Positions 38,701 through 47,968 of a stretch of 64,000 nt of DNA are shown piece after piece; positions within the stretch are counted from its first letter, which is position 1; every line of letters starts with the position of its first letter. The notes under the pieces are model-generated. The model was not told the origin of the DNA, ran no database searches, and saw only the letters and a list, made by a program, of their open reading frames with translations. The position numbers and the translations under genes are program-made. Origin of the DNA: an uncultured Candidatus Saccharibacteria bacterium (GTDB lineage Bacteria; Patescibacteriota; Minisyncoccia; Phycocordibacterales; UBA5272); the NCBI GenBank assembly GCA_964544935.1, contig CAZJDZ010000001.1, positions 27,018 to 91,017 of the forward strand, in the 5' to 3' direction.

Positions 38701-39402
38701 AGAATTTTTTTATTATACAAATCTGAGAGCGCTTGTAATTATTTTGATCACGACCATTGATCTCTACTCTCTATACATAAGTATGACACTCATCTACATA
38801 CATACAATAGTATGTGCTACAAAATGTGTGGATAACTTTTTATTTTCATTTTTTGTATTTATGCAAATGCGAATATTTTGCATAAAAGCTTTTAGCTGTT
38901 AGCTTGTAGCTATTAGCATAAATGAAAACAATACTTATTTTTTATTTTTTCTGCTATCCCTCTGCTAAGAAAAAAAATTATTTCCATGTAAAAGTAATCC
39001 GAGATAATTTGTTATATTTTTCCCATTCACTCTTCTTAATATTCTTTTCTCTGTTACTGTTCATACCACTTTATGATATGGAAAATGTATCCACCCAAGA
39101 AAATCAATACCTCGTGTATATGTTTGTATATAACATTTATCAGGCAGAATGACCTACTGGGATAATGCCCTGGCATTCTATACCAAGTGTCTTCATTTTT
39201 GAATCAGCAGACGAATTAGCAAGTTCGCTTTTTGAAAGCACGTCTTGGACGTAAATAAATCTGCACACACACCACTCTACCTTAAACCATGACCTAAGAT
39301 ACTCTCGGTGTATGGCTACTAATTTCGGTAACGAGTAACCGTAATCGCTCACGTATTCACCTACTCTCACTCATAATTGTAGATTACGAAAATATAAAAA
39401 TG

Positions 39403-39433
39403 AAAAAGTCCCGCACGGAGTACCGTGCGGGAC
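39403..39433 (-). terminator. Intrinsic terminator
   Basis: GTCCCGCACGG...CCGTGCGGGAC plus T-tract on the minus strand. Confidence 0.75.
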
Positions 39434-39515
39434 AAGGACTAAGGTCAAAGGGTCCAAGTGCTAATTGAGACCAAAGTAACCGAGGTCTAAGTTCTAACCC
39501 AGTAGGCGATTGTGC

Positions 39516-40025
39516 TCAATCGCTTGCGAGAACAGCAAACGCGAACCCAGCGACATCGTCCCACCTGCAGACAGGGCTGCCGTGGAACGCGTTCAGCCAG
39601 CGACCCTTGTCACCACAATCCGCATAGAGCAAGTTCGGGTCGCCATCGGAGTCCTTGATGGGCTCGTGCATCGTGACGATACCCCAGAGACCCATGTCTT
39701 TGATCTCCTTGTCGGTGAACATGACACGGATGAGACAGGCGACTTCGGGGTTGGGAGCGACGTACTTCCGCTTGGTGGCTTCCGCACGGATGTTTCGTGT
39801 GATGCGTTCGTCATTCGAGAAGAGCGAGCCCTTCATGACGACGATCTCGGTTACGACGCCCTTGGTCGGCTTGAAGTCGGGAGACAGGAGGACTTGCTTG
39901 GCATAGTCGCCAACGTTGTAGCCGGCCTGTTCCAGGCGCTCGATCCAGCCGGAACCTGTGGTGCCGTCGGACGTGACCGTGAAGCGGATGATGACATTTT
40001 CTTCGCGCCAGGAACGGTTGGCCAT
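39516..40025 (-). CDS. Probable diversity-generating retroelement target protein (CLec-like variable C-terminus)
   Basis: GC-rich, SD GGAG; C-terminus DGDPNLL...GRWLNA...W...GFAFAV; 7-bp/4-nt hairpin at 39506-39523. Confidence 0.55.
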   Translation of the reverse strand: MANRSWREENVIIRFTVTSDGTTGSGWIERLEQAGYNVGDYAKQVLLSPDFKPTKGVVTEIVVMKGSLFSNDERITRNIRAEATKRKYVAPNPEVACLIRVMFTDKEIKDMGLWGIVTMHEPIKDSDGDPNLLYADCGDKGRWLNAFHGSPVCRWDDVAGFAFAVLASD

Positions 40026-40192
40026 AAAATGCTCCTTCCGGCTGATAGCCGATTGATTCATGTCTGCTAGACATGAAATCCTCTAATCCGAGGAGGAACC
40101 ATAACCGTATGGTCATAGCGAGAAATGTCCTAGAAATAGGCTACTTTTCGCTATGACTATACGCAAGTCAAAAATATCAAAGAACTACTGAT

Positions 40193-40221
40193 GTAATATC
40201 ACATTTCACTATAAAAGTCAA
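40193..40221 (-). promoter_or_regulatory. Putative promoter with long leader hairpin (40108-40161)
   Basis: TTGACT-N17-TATTAC on the minus strand. Confidence 0.45.
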
Positions 40222-40278
40222 GGAAATTAGCTTGGTCCGCAAGGGTTTTGTGACTATAACTCATAGTACACATCTGGT

Positions 40279-40324
40279 AAAAATGAAAAGCGGGGCGACT
40301 GAAGGTCGCCCCGCTTTTCATTTT
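40279..40324. terminator. Long palindrome/terminator
   Basis: AAAATGAAAAGCGGGGCGAC-TGAAG-GTCGCCCCGCTTTTCATTTT. Confidence 0.7.
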
Positions 40325-40385
40325 ATCTGTTCATCTATTAACGAAGTCTTATAGTATCCCCTGTCCACTCGTCCACGTCTTACTA

Positions 40386-40937
40386 CTAGCTACTAGCTGC
40401 CACCTTTGCTTTATAACTGTGTTCTTTTGCGATGCATCGACACCCATGCGGAGCAATATATTCATTCACAAATTCTTCTCCATAATCATAGACAATTTCT
40501 TCACCATTCTTGATATCTTTAATTGCCTTGATAAAAACACGCCCTTTTTTGATTTCACTTTCTGCATTCCCTGCTTCTTCACACGCGTGATTACAATATC
40601 GCGCAATATTCCACCTCACTGACCCATCAATAGTCTTATTGCGGTTTACTTCAAAGAGATACTGATTAGTGTTAATCTTTTCTGCTTCTTCTTTATTCAA
40701 AATATTTCCAATATATTCGATAATAAGTTCTCCTTTTTTGATATCCTCTCCCGCAAAGAGTCCAAGTCCTGCGAGACCACGCTTTACTTTTACATTCTTA
40801 AAATGATGATCAGGAAGCTTGGCTTGCTCCTTATGGTTTGTTGCAACTGTCCCTGTAATCTTCTTGGTAACTTTTTTGATTGCTTCGTTAGTTATCTTGC
40901 CACCTTTCTTTAAAATAATTGACTGCTTTTTCTTCAT
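40386..40937 (-). CDS. SET-domain protein lysine methyltransferase
   Basis: GLGLFA, IIEYIG, ARYCNHAC, EEIVYDYG, post-SET CRC. Confidence 0.9.
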   Translation of the reverse strand: MKKKQSIILKKGGKITNEAIKKVTKKITGTVATNHKEQAKLPDHHFKNVKVKRGLAGLGLFAGEDIKKGELIIEYIGNILNKEEAEKINTNQYLFEVNRNKTIDGSVRWNIARYCNHACEEAGNAESEIKKGRVFIKAIKDIKNGEEIVYDYGEEFVNEYIAPHGCRCIAKEHSYKAKVAASS

Positions 40938-41030
40938 AGTATAAGAAGCATACTATAAAGTACTTGTATTACAAAAAAGAAAAGCCTTCTACATGAGGGC
41001 TTTCCTACAAAACACTCGAAACAGCTAGTC

Positions 41031-41306
41031 CTATGTAAGTCTAGCAAAAAGAACATGTGGAAAAGTTGGTTCCCAGGCTTTCATCAAATGTCGAACTTGA
41101 GGATTTTGTATTTCAGCAAGCAAAATCCCTTGCTGAGTATTTGCTCGTATGCAATATATCCCCAATAGTGTCGGCAGATCAAATGCTTGCCATTTAAAAT
41201 ACTGATCGTAAAAACTCATATCCGGAAGTTTGACACATCTGACCTTAGAGCCCAAGATCGCAGTACCCACTGTCAGGTCACCTACTCCTCTAAATCTCAA
41301 TGCCAT
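41031..41306 (-). CDS. Hypothetical protein
   Basis: SD AAGGAG before ATG at 41306. Confidence 0.5.
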   Translation of the reverse strand: MALRFRGVGDLTVGTAILGSKVRCVKLPDMSFYDQYFKWQAFDLPTLLGIYCIRANTQQGILLAEIQNPQVRHLMKAWEPTFPHVLFARLT

Positions 41307-41435
41307 GATGATTCTCCTTCTGATCGTGACCAAAAGAAAACACACAGGTTCCACCTATTATAGTACTATAAAAATACTATGTGCACTATATTTCTTCATA
41401 CACTTCTTTTCCTTGGTATGATAGTATAAAAAGAT

Positions 41436-43571
41436 ATGAAATCAGTTCCAGAAAATCTTACAAAACCTTTTAATGCAGAAGCTGTAGAAGTAAAGCTATA
41501 TAACATGTGGGAGAAGAGTGGTTATTTTAATCCAGATAATTTACCAGGAGAAAGAAAAGAAGCATATACAGTAGTACTTCCTCCACCTAATGTAACAGGC
41601 ACACTTCACACTGGGCACGCTATCATGCTTGCAATTCAAGACACTCTCATTCGTTTTAAACGTATGCGGGGGTATAAAGCTCTCTGGATACCAGGAACTG
41701 ACCATGCGGCCATTGCAACTCAGTCAGTTGTTGAAAAAAAAATTCAAAAAGAAGAAGGAAAGAACCGGCACGATATAGGAAGAGAAGAAATGATGCGCCG
41801 TATTAATGAGTTTGCTCTTGAAAGTCAAAACACAATTCTCACACAAACACGTTCAATGGGAGCGTCACTTGATTGGTCACGTCTTGCTTTTACTTTAGAT
41901 GATACACGCAACCTTGCTGTACGGACGATGTTCAAAAAAATGTATGATGACGGGATTATTTACCAAGGTCACCGTATTGTGAACTGGGACCCAAAGGGGC
42001 AAACCACTATCTCAGATGATGAGCTTGTTTATGTAGAAGAAAAAACAAAATTTTACTACTTCAAGTATGGCCCTTTTGTAATTGGAACTGCTCGTCCAGA
42101 AACAAAATTTGGTGATAAATATGTTGTTATGCATCCAGATGATGAACGATATAAAGAATACACTCATGGACAGAAGCTAACTGTTGAATGGATTAACGGA
42201 CCGATTGAAGCAACTATTATCAAAGATGAATCTGTTGATCCTGCTTTTGGTACAGGAGTAATGACTATCACCCCATGGCACTCCGTAGTTGATTTTGAAC
42301 TTGCACAAAAATACAAGCTTGATTATGAGCAAATTATCGACAAATATGGAAAACTACTTCCTGTTTGTGGAGAGGAGTTCGTTGGAATGAAAATAAAAGA
42401 CGCTCGTGAAAAAATAATTGTAAAACTTGAAAGCAAAGGTCTTGTTTCAAAGATTGAAGACTACACACACAATATTTCAACAGCAGAAAGAACTGGTGGG
42501 ATCATTGAACCTCAAATCATGAAGCAATGGTTCGTGGCAGTAAATAAACCATTTAAACACTTTGGCACAGAAACAACACTTAAAGAACTCATGCGTAAGG
42601 CGGTGGAAAGTAAAGAAACAACAATCGTACCTGATCGATTTGAAAAAGTATATTTCCACTGGATAGAAAATCTTCGTGACTGGTGTATTTCACGACAGAT
42701 TTGGTACGGTCACCGCGTTCCTGTTTGGTATAAAGGTGATGAAATCTTTTGCGGAACTGAAGCACCTTCAGGTGAAGGTTGGGTTCAAGACGAAGACACT
42801 CTAGATACATGGTTCTCATCCGGTATGTGGACTTTCTCTACACTTGGGTGGCCCGAAAAAACAAAAGACATGGAGACATACTATCCAACAGCACTCTTGG
42901 AGACAGGTCATGACATTCTTTTCTTCTGGGTCGCGCGCATGGTGCTCTTCTCTATGTATGCCTTAAATGAAGTACCATTCAAACATGTCTATCTTCATGG
43001 ACTTGTTCGTGATGCACAAGGACGTAAAATGAGTAAGTCCCTAGGTAATGCACTCGACCCCCGAGACCTTTCTTCAAAATATGGGACAGATGCACTTCGT
43101 ATGGCACTCATGGTTGGTAATGGTGCGGGAAATGATCTCAAGCTTGGCGAAGACAAAGTAAAAGCATACAAACTCTTTTCTAACAAAATATGGAATGCGA
43201 CGCGCTTTGTACTTGAAAAAACAATAGACCTAGAAAAAGAAAGTAATCTTACAGATGAAGATCAAGCTGTATATGATGCATGGAGAGAGAAGCATAAGGA
43301 CATTACTCTAGATATCGAAAACTACCGCCTTCACCTCGCATCAGAGAAGATGTATGATTACTTCTGGAAGGTTTTTTGTGATGATATTATTGAAACGCGA
43401 AAGGTAAGAATTCTTGAAAACAAAGACAAAACAAGTGCACAAACACTTCTCCTTATACTTCTTCGTGAACAAATGATTGTAGCTCATCCTTTCATGCCGT
43501 TTATTACTGAAGAAATTTGGAAATACATTAAGAAAGATACTGACAACATGTTAATGGTAACGGCATGGTAA
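41436..43571 (+). CDS. valS: Valine--tRNA ligase (compact)
   Basis: PPPNVTGTLHTGH, DWCISRQ, KMSKS. Confidence 0.95.
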   Translation: MKSVPENLTKPFNAEAVEVKLYNMWEKSGYFNPDNLPGERKEAYTVVLPPPNVTGTLHTGHAIMLAIQDTLIRFKRMRGYKALWIPGTDHAAIATQSVVEKKIQKEEGKNRHDIGREEMMRRINEFALESQNTILTQTRSMGASLDWSRLAFTLDDTRNLAVRTMFKKMYDDGIIYQGHRIVNWDPKGQTTISDDELVYVEEKTKFYYFKYGPFVIGTARPETKFGDKYVVMHPDDERYKEYTHGQKLTVEWINGPIEATIIKDESVDPAFGTGVMTITPWHSVVDFELAQKYKLDYEQIIDKYGKLLPVCGEEFVGMKIKDAREKIIVKLESKGLVSKIEDYTHNISTAERTGGIIEPQIMKQWFVAVNKPFKHFGTETTLKELMRKAVESKETTIVPDRFEKVYFHWIENLRDWCISRQIWYGHRVPVWYKGDEIFCGTEAPSGEGWVQDEDTLDTWFSSGMWTFSTLGWPEKTKDMETYYPTALLETGHDILFFWVARMVLFSMYALNEVPFKHVYLHGLVRDAQGRKMSKSLGNALDPRDLSSKYGTDALRMALMVGNGAGNDLKLGEDKVKAYKLFSNKIWNATRFVLEKTIDLEKESNLTDEDQAVYDAWREKHKDITLDIENYRLHLASEKMYDYFWKVFCDDIIETRKVRILENKDKTSAQTLLLILLREQMIVAHPFMPFITEEIWKYIKKDTDNMLMVTAW

Positions 43572-43614
43572 CGAAACTCAGACAATAAGAGTACTTACAG
43601 GTACGAGAACTACT

Positions 43615-43650
43615 CAACATGAGCGAAGTCTAAAGACTTCGCTCATGTTG
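43615..43650 (+). terminator. Terminator after valS
   Basis: CAACATGAGCGAAGTCT-AA-AGACTTCGCTCATGTTG. Confidence 0.7.
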
Positions 43651-43769
43651 TTTATAATCTAAAGCCTACCCGCTACTTTCAATGTTCTAACAACTGTGGA
43701 TAGTAGAACGAATATATTGACTCATATGGTTGTATACTGTATTCATACACAACTAACCGTTTATTAATT

Positions 43770-44327
43770 ATGCTTAAAGAAAAAAAATCATTTTTCGAGC
43801 GTCTTGCTGGCTCGATTAGCGTTGAGGATGAAGATGAGTCAGTGGATTTCGTTGCACCTCAAGTACAAGATGATGAACCTGAAGAGGAAGAAGTTCCTGT
43901 TAAGCATGTAGGAAATAAATCTGCTCTTGCTACTCAAATGGCACGACCTAAACATCATGTTGTAGAAGAAGACCATGACGACGAGGTTGATGTCGAAGAA
44001 GGCGAGCTCTCAGTAGATGTCTACCAGACAGCTTCTGAAATTATTATAGAAGCCATGGTTGCCGGAGTTAAACCTGAAGACCTTCACCTTTCAATTACAC
44101 GAGACATGGTTACCATTAAAGGACGCCGTGATGGAAATACCCAAGTAAATCATGATGACTATTTTTATAAAGAACTATACTGGGGAACTTTTACCCGTAC
44201 GATTCTTCTCCCTCATGAAGTAGAAATAGAAGAAGCAGAAGCGGTAGAAAAGCACGGGCTTCTCATTGTAAGACTTCCAAAGGTAGACAAGGCTCGTCAA
44301 ACAAAACTAAAAGTTAAGTCAATCTAA
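43770..44327 (+). CDS. Hsp20/alpha-crystallin protein with acidic N-terminus
   Basis: VDVYQT, GVKPEDL, YWGTFTRTILLP, GLLIVRLPK. Confidence 0.9.
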   Translation: MLKEKKSFFERLAGSISVEDEDESVDFVAPQVQDDEPEEEEVPVKHVGNKSALATQMARPKHHVVEEDHDDEVDVEEGELSVDVYQTASEIIIEAMVAGVKPEDLHLSITRDMVTIKGRRDGNTQVNHDDYFYKELYWGTFTRTILLPHEVEIEEAEAVEKHGLLIVRLPKVDKARQTKLKVKSI

Positions 44328-44989
44328 TAAAAAACACTGCACAGGTCGTGCAGTGTTTTTTATTTAGATTAAATGTAAAAAGTTATTAAAAATCTCTCTT
44401 CCACATGTTTGTTCTACAAACATTTCAGGATGAAACTGTACACCGTATACAGGAAGACTCTTATGTTTTATAACCTCAACACCATCTTGTGAGCGAGCAA
44501 GCGATACCATCTCATTACCAAGAGAAGCAACTACCCATCTATGGCTTTCAAAAACAGAGAAATTTGTAATTGTTAAAAATAAATCATCTGGCTCTATAAC
44601 CTCTATCTTAATAAGTCCTTTTTCTTTTTCTTTCATTTCCTGTAACTTTGCCCCAAAAACATGAGCAATGAGCTCAAAACCAAAACAAATACCAAGTATT
44701 GGTTTATTACAGTTTCTAATAAATTCTATTTCATTTTCAAGAAGAGACTCATTACCAACTACAGGAAAGCTGTGCCCTCCTGATAAAATAAAGAGATCAA
44801 AATCTTTCTCTTTTTCTATTGAAAGATCTGCAAACGAAATCACTTCAAATTTTTTTTCTGCAAGTAATTGTTTGAGGCTTTCAATATAGCTTGTACCGTT
44901 GTCAACTACGAGAATTTTCATATGTAATTTTAAGTATACTTTACAACATAAATAAAAAACACTGCACAGGTCGTGCAGTGTTTTTTATT
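44326..44989. repeat. Identical 39-bp palindromic direct repeats (44326-44364, 44951-44989)
   Basis: AATAAAAAACACTGCACAGGTCGTGCAGTGTTTTTTATT twice. Confidence 0.92.
44364..44921 (-). CDS. Class I glutamine amidotransferase
   Basis: VVDNG, ILSGG, LGICFG, QFHPE triad. Confidence 0.9.
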   Translation of the reverse strand: MKILVVDNGTSYIESLKQLLAEKKFEVISFADLSIEKEKDFDLFILSGGHSFPVVGNESLLENEIEFIRNCNKPILGICFGFELIAHVFGAKLQEMKEKEKGLIKIEVIEPDDLFLTITNFSVFESHRWVVASLGNEMVSLARSQDGVEVIKHKSLPVYGVQFHPEMFVEQTCGREIFNNFLHLI

Positions 44990-45001
44990 CCTCTTTTTAA
45001 G

Positions 45002-45799
45002 CTAAGGAATAACAGCTACTGTTGTACTAGAGTACCCTGAATATCCCGCAATATTTAGTGCACGCAAACGGTAAGAATATGTTCCTGTAGCAAGTCCTAT
45101 ATCAAAATAAGAAGTTGCGTTAGGTGTAGTACTCGCTATAAGCGAAAAGTTGATCCCATCTGTACTTTTTTCAATAAAATATCCGAACTCATCTGAGTTA
45201 GTGTCATTCCATTGTACAAGTACATTAGTAGAACTAGAGACGGTATTTCGAACATTAGTTGGGGTATTAGGAATTGATGAATACGTAATTATTGTAGCAA
45301 GTCGACTAACACGTGCACCTGCTGTTCCAGAAACCCTAACTACACCTGTTTCTAATGTAGTAGAAGCATTCTTAGTCACAAAAAGACCTGAGTATGTAGT
45401 AGTAGCTAGCGTAACAGGAGTTTTACCAGAAAGTGCGTATGTTGCACTGTTAGCACTATCTGTTCCATTTAAACGATAAAAAACAGAGAGATTTGCTGTT
45501 CCACTGTTAACATCTTTTGATGCACAAGGGATAATTGAAATACCTGTAATCACAGATCCGTTAGGAACACTTGCTACTGAGACTGCAAATGAGTCGCGTC
45601 CACCTATAAGCGATGTAGAGACATAATCGGTTGTACCATTACATGAAGTCTCATCAACAAGCGTGTAATGTGTCGTTCCTGTTGATGGAGTCCATGCAGA
45701 ATATGAACCAACTCCAGAAGGAAGAAGGGTGGATGTTACCGATGCAGATACAAGCAAAACAGAACCGAGTGCGAGCAAACCTAAATATTTTTTATTCAT
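45002..45799 (-). CDS. Secreted Ser/Thr-rich protein with C-terminal fibronectin type III domain
   Basis: Signal peptide; PTNV...VQWND...YFIEKS...YSYRLRALN..GYS. Confidence 0.8.
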   Translation of the reverse strand: MNKKYLGLLALGSVLLVSASVTSTLLPSGVGSYSAWTPSTGTTHYTLVDETSCNGTTDYVSTSLIGGRDSFAVSVASVPNGSVITGISIIPCASKDVNSGTANLSVFYRLNGTDSANSATYALSGKTPVTLATTTYSGLFVTKNASTTLETGVVRVSGTAGARVSRLATIITYSSIPNTPTNVRNTVSSSTNVLVQWNDTNSDEFGYFIEKSTDGINFSLIASTTPNATSYFDIGLATGTYSYRLRALNIAGYSGYSSTTVAVIP

Positions 45800-46099
45800 T
45801 AACGTTATTGTTTATTTTAATAATACTTATTAAGTATAGCTTCTTAAAATAAGATTAAGAGCTAAGATGTACACATTTCTTACAGGAATCATGAGTACAC
45901 TTTCGGTCACAAGACTTCTGACTAACCCTATAAAAAATAAGATAACCAACCCTATTTGAATATTTATTTTCTTTTCATATACAGTATTCTTGAATCAGCC
46001 CGAATACGTTTTACTTCCATGGTTGAAAAATCAACTCTCAAGCAAAAGTGACACAGTCACAACTCTCACAATTTTAAATTTTTCTTTGTTAGCAACACT

Positions 46100-46870
46100 C
46101 TACTGATTAATGAATTTAAAACTCTCAAGAATAGTTTTTGCAGTGACATCTTCTTCTGGTAACCAAACCATGAATTTGAGACCGTTATTTTCCATAAAAA
46201 GATAACGATACTTTTTTGATAATGAATATGAAGCATTTTCAGTATGAAACTCGCCAGTCAAGGTAAACTGATACACTACTTTACCACCTATAGTCGTTTG
46301 GGAAATTTGTCCGACTTCTTTATTTACTCCATTTGGGTTTATATATTCTTTATTTTCTCTCCAAATTTCCTGCACAAATTCTTTGAGGGGCAATTTCGTC
46401 ACCTTAATTGCAGCAGGGTCACCCGAATAACCTTGTACCTCAACATTAAAATTAGTTTTATTTCCTGACCAATAAACACTAAAAGCTTCATTCTCGTCAG
46501 TTGTAAATTCATTGCTTTCCACAAAACTAATTTGTGGGTGATTAAAACTGTAACCATACTTCTTATTCGTGAATGTAAGCCATCCCTCTGTGGCCTCGCT
46601 AGTATTTGAAGATGCTTGCTGCGCTGTAGAAGTGGTGGCTACCTGGGCAGTTGTCGAATTAGAAATCTGCACTTCAGAAAGTTCTTGTGGAATACTTTGC
46701 TTGCTTTCTGAACTAAAAGTAGATGATTGATGATCACTATAATACGCAACTAGAACTGCTACAGAAATAAAAACAAAAGCAGCAAGAGCGATTAGTGATT
46801 GTTTCTTATGATTTACTAATTGAATAGGTTGAGTAGCAGAAACTGAAGGTGTTTGATTGTTTATTTCCAT
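46100..46870 (-). CDS. Membrane-anchored PsbP-like hypothetical protein
   Basis: TM helix, WLTFTNKKYGYSFNHP, C-terminal ILESFKF. Confidence 0.7.
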   Translation of the reverse strand: MEINNQTPSVSATQPIQLVNHKKQSLIALAAFVFISVAVLVAYYSDHQSSTFSSESKQSIPQELSEVQISNSTTAQVATTSTAQQASSNTSEATEGWLTFTNKKYGYSFNHPQISFVESNEFTTDENEAFSVYWSGNKTNFNVEVQGYSGDPAAIKVTKLPLKEFVQEIWRENKEYINPNGVNKEVGQISQTTIGGKVVYQFTLTGEFHTENASYSLSKKYRYLFMENNGLKFMVWLPEEDVTAKTILESFKFINQ

Positions 46871-47062
46871 AATACTAATTTAGTAAGTATACCTAATAAG
46901 GTGATACATATATATTGTTATCAACAAGAATAGATTATTAATAAGACAAAGGTAATCGGTCACCTCGTCTTACTTCTCTCGAAACAGGAGACTCCGTGGC
47001 CCCTATCTGATTCCTAACAGAGATCAAATAGTTTTATTCATCCCATAAACTAATACACGTTA

Positions 47063-47235
47063 TGCTCTCGACAGGAAACGTGAGTAAACTTTCGGTCACA
47101 GAATCATTTTTAGATTACTAAAATAAAAGATTCTGCGACCCCTATCCGATTCCTGACGAAAAGCACGCAGGTGCTTTTCTCCGAGAGCACAGAATACAAA
47201 AAGTAACATCAAGTGATGTCACTTTTTGTATTCTG
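47063..47235 (-). repeat. tRNA-Arg tail module (degenerate copies near 46955-47020 and 45880-45930)
   Basis: Hairpin, GTGCTCTCGG-[CCTGCG hairpin]-CAGGAATCGGA, TAGGGGTCGC...GTGACCGA, 3'-end copy TTCCTGTCGAGAGCA. Confidence 0.85.
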
Positions 47236-47307
47236 TGCTCTCGGCAGGAATCGGACCCACATTAATCCCTTAGGACGGGACTGTTCTATCCATTGAACTA
47301 CGAGAGC
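47236..47307 (-). tRNA. tRNA-Arg(CCT), atypical T-arm, CCA not encoded
   Basis: GCTCTCG/CGAGAGC acceptor, GTCCC-GTCCTAA-GGGAT, T-loop TCCGATT. Confidence 0.85.
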
Positions 47308-47371
47308 GTCACGCTTGATTCTAACATATTGTGCTTTTGGTGACACTTTAAAATAGGATATACTGGTCACC

Positions 47372-47695
47372 ATGAATACTAAGAATATGACTAACGAAGA
47401 AAAGCTTGATGCAATATATGAGATGACTCTTCAAAACCATGAGGTCCTTAAAACAATTCGTAGGCAACACTATTTTTCAAGTATACTCCGTATTCTCTAC
47501 TGGTTATTAGTTTTTGGTTTTATTGGAGGAGCGTATTATTTTCTTGGACCTATTATCAATACGTTTACAGGAGGATCATCTTCTGTAGGCAACACACTAC
47601 TACAACTTGATCAACTAAAAAACCAACTCCCTGAAGCAAAAATGCTTAACCAAGTAATTGATGGCCTACAAAAATCAAGCGTGAGTAATCAATAA
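47372..47695 (+). CDS. Single-TM hypothetical protein
   Basis: 107 aa, central TM segment. Confidence 0.7.
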   Translation: MNTKNMTNEEKLDAIYEMTLQNHEVLKTIRRQHYFSSILRILYWLLVFGFIGGAYYFLGPIINTFTGGSSSVGNTLLQLDQLKNQLPEAKMLNQVIDGLQKSSVSNQ

Positions 47696-47895
47696 CCTTA
47701 CTACACCACCGCGTTGAAGGCTGTTCCTTTTTATGCTAGAATTGAGAAATCAACAAAAAAGTTGAAGTTGTAGAATATACTGGGATAGCTCGAGAAGCTT
47801 GGCTTCGAAGATATCTGGAACCAGCAGGTGGAAGACGCAAGTTGTTAGATTGTTCAAGTGAAAATAAACAAAGTAGGCAGAAGAAATAAACATAT

Positions 47896-47968
47896 GCTGG
47901 GATAGCTCAGTTGGTAGAGCATTTGCCTGAAGAGCAAAGGGTCCCCAGTTCGAGCCTGGGTCCCAGCA
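47896..47968 (+). tRNA. tRNA-Phe(GAA), CCA not encoded
   Basis: GCTGGGA/TCCCAGC acceptor, TTTGC-CTGAAGA-GCAAA, GTTCGAGC. Confidence 0.95.

Noticed and set aside
38542-38760. Cys/Leu/Phe-rich ORF on the plus strand
   Set aside because: Antisense shadow of the Lys-rich histone-like gene.
39434-39500. Similarity to the 35.3-kb RNA candidate (ctaaggtcaa.gg.tcca; tctaagttct)
   Set aside because: Matches are short, in reversed order and within a degenerate low-complexity tract; probably chance.
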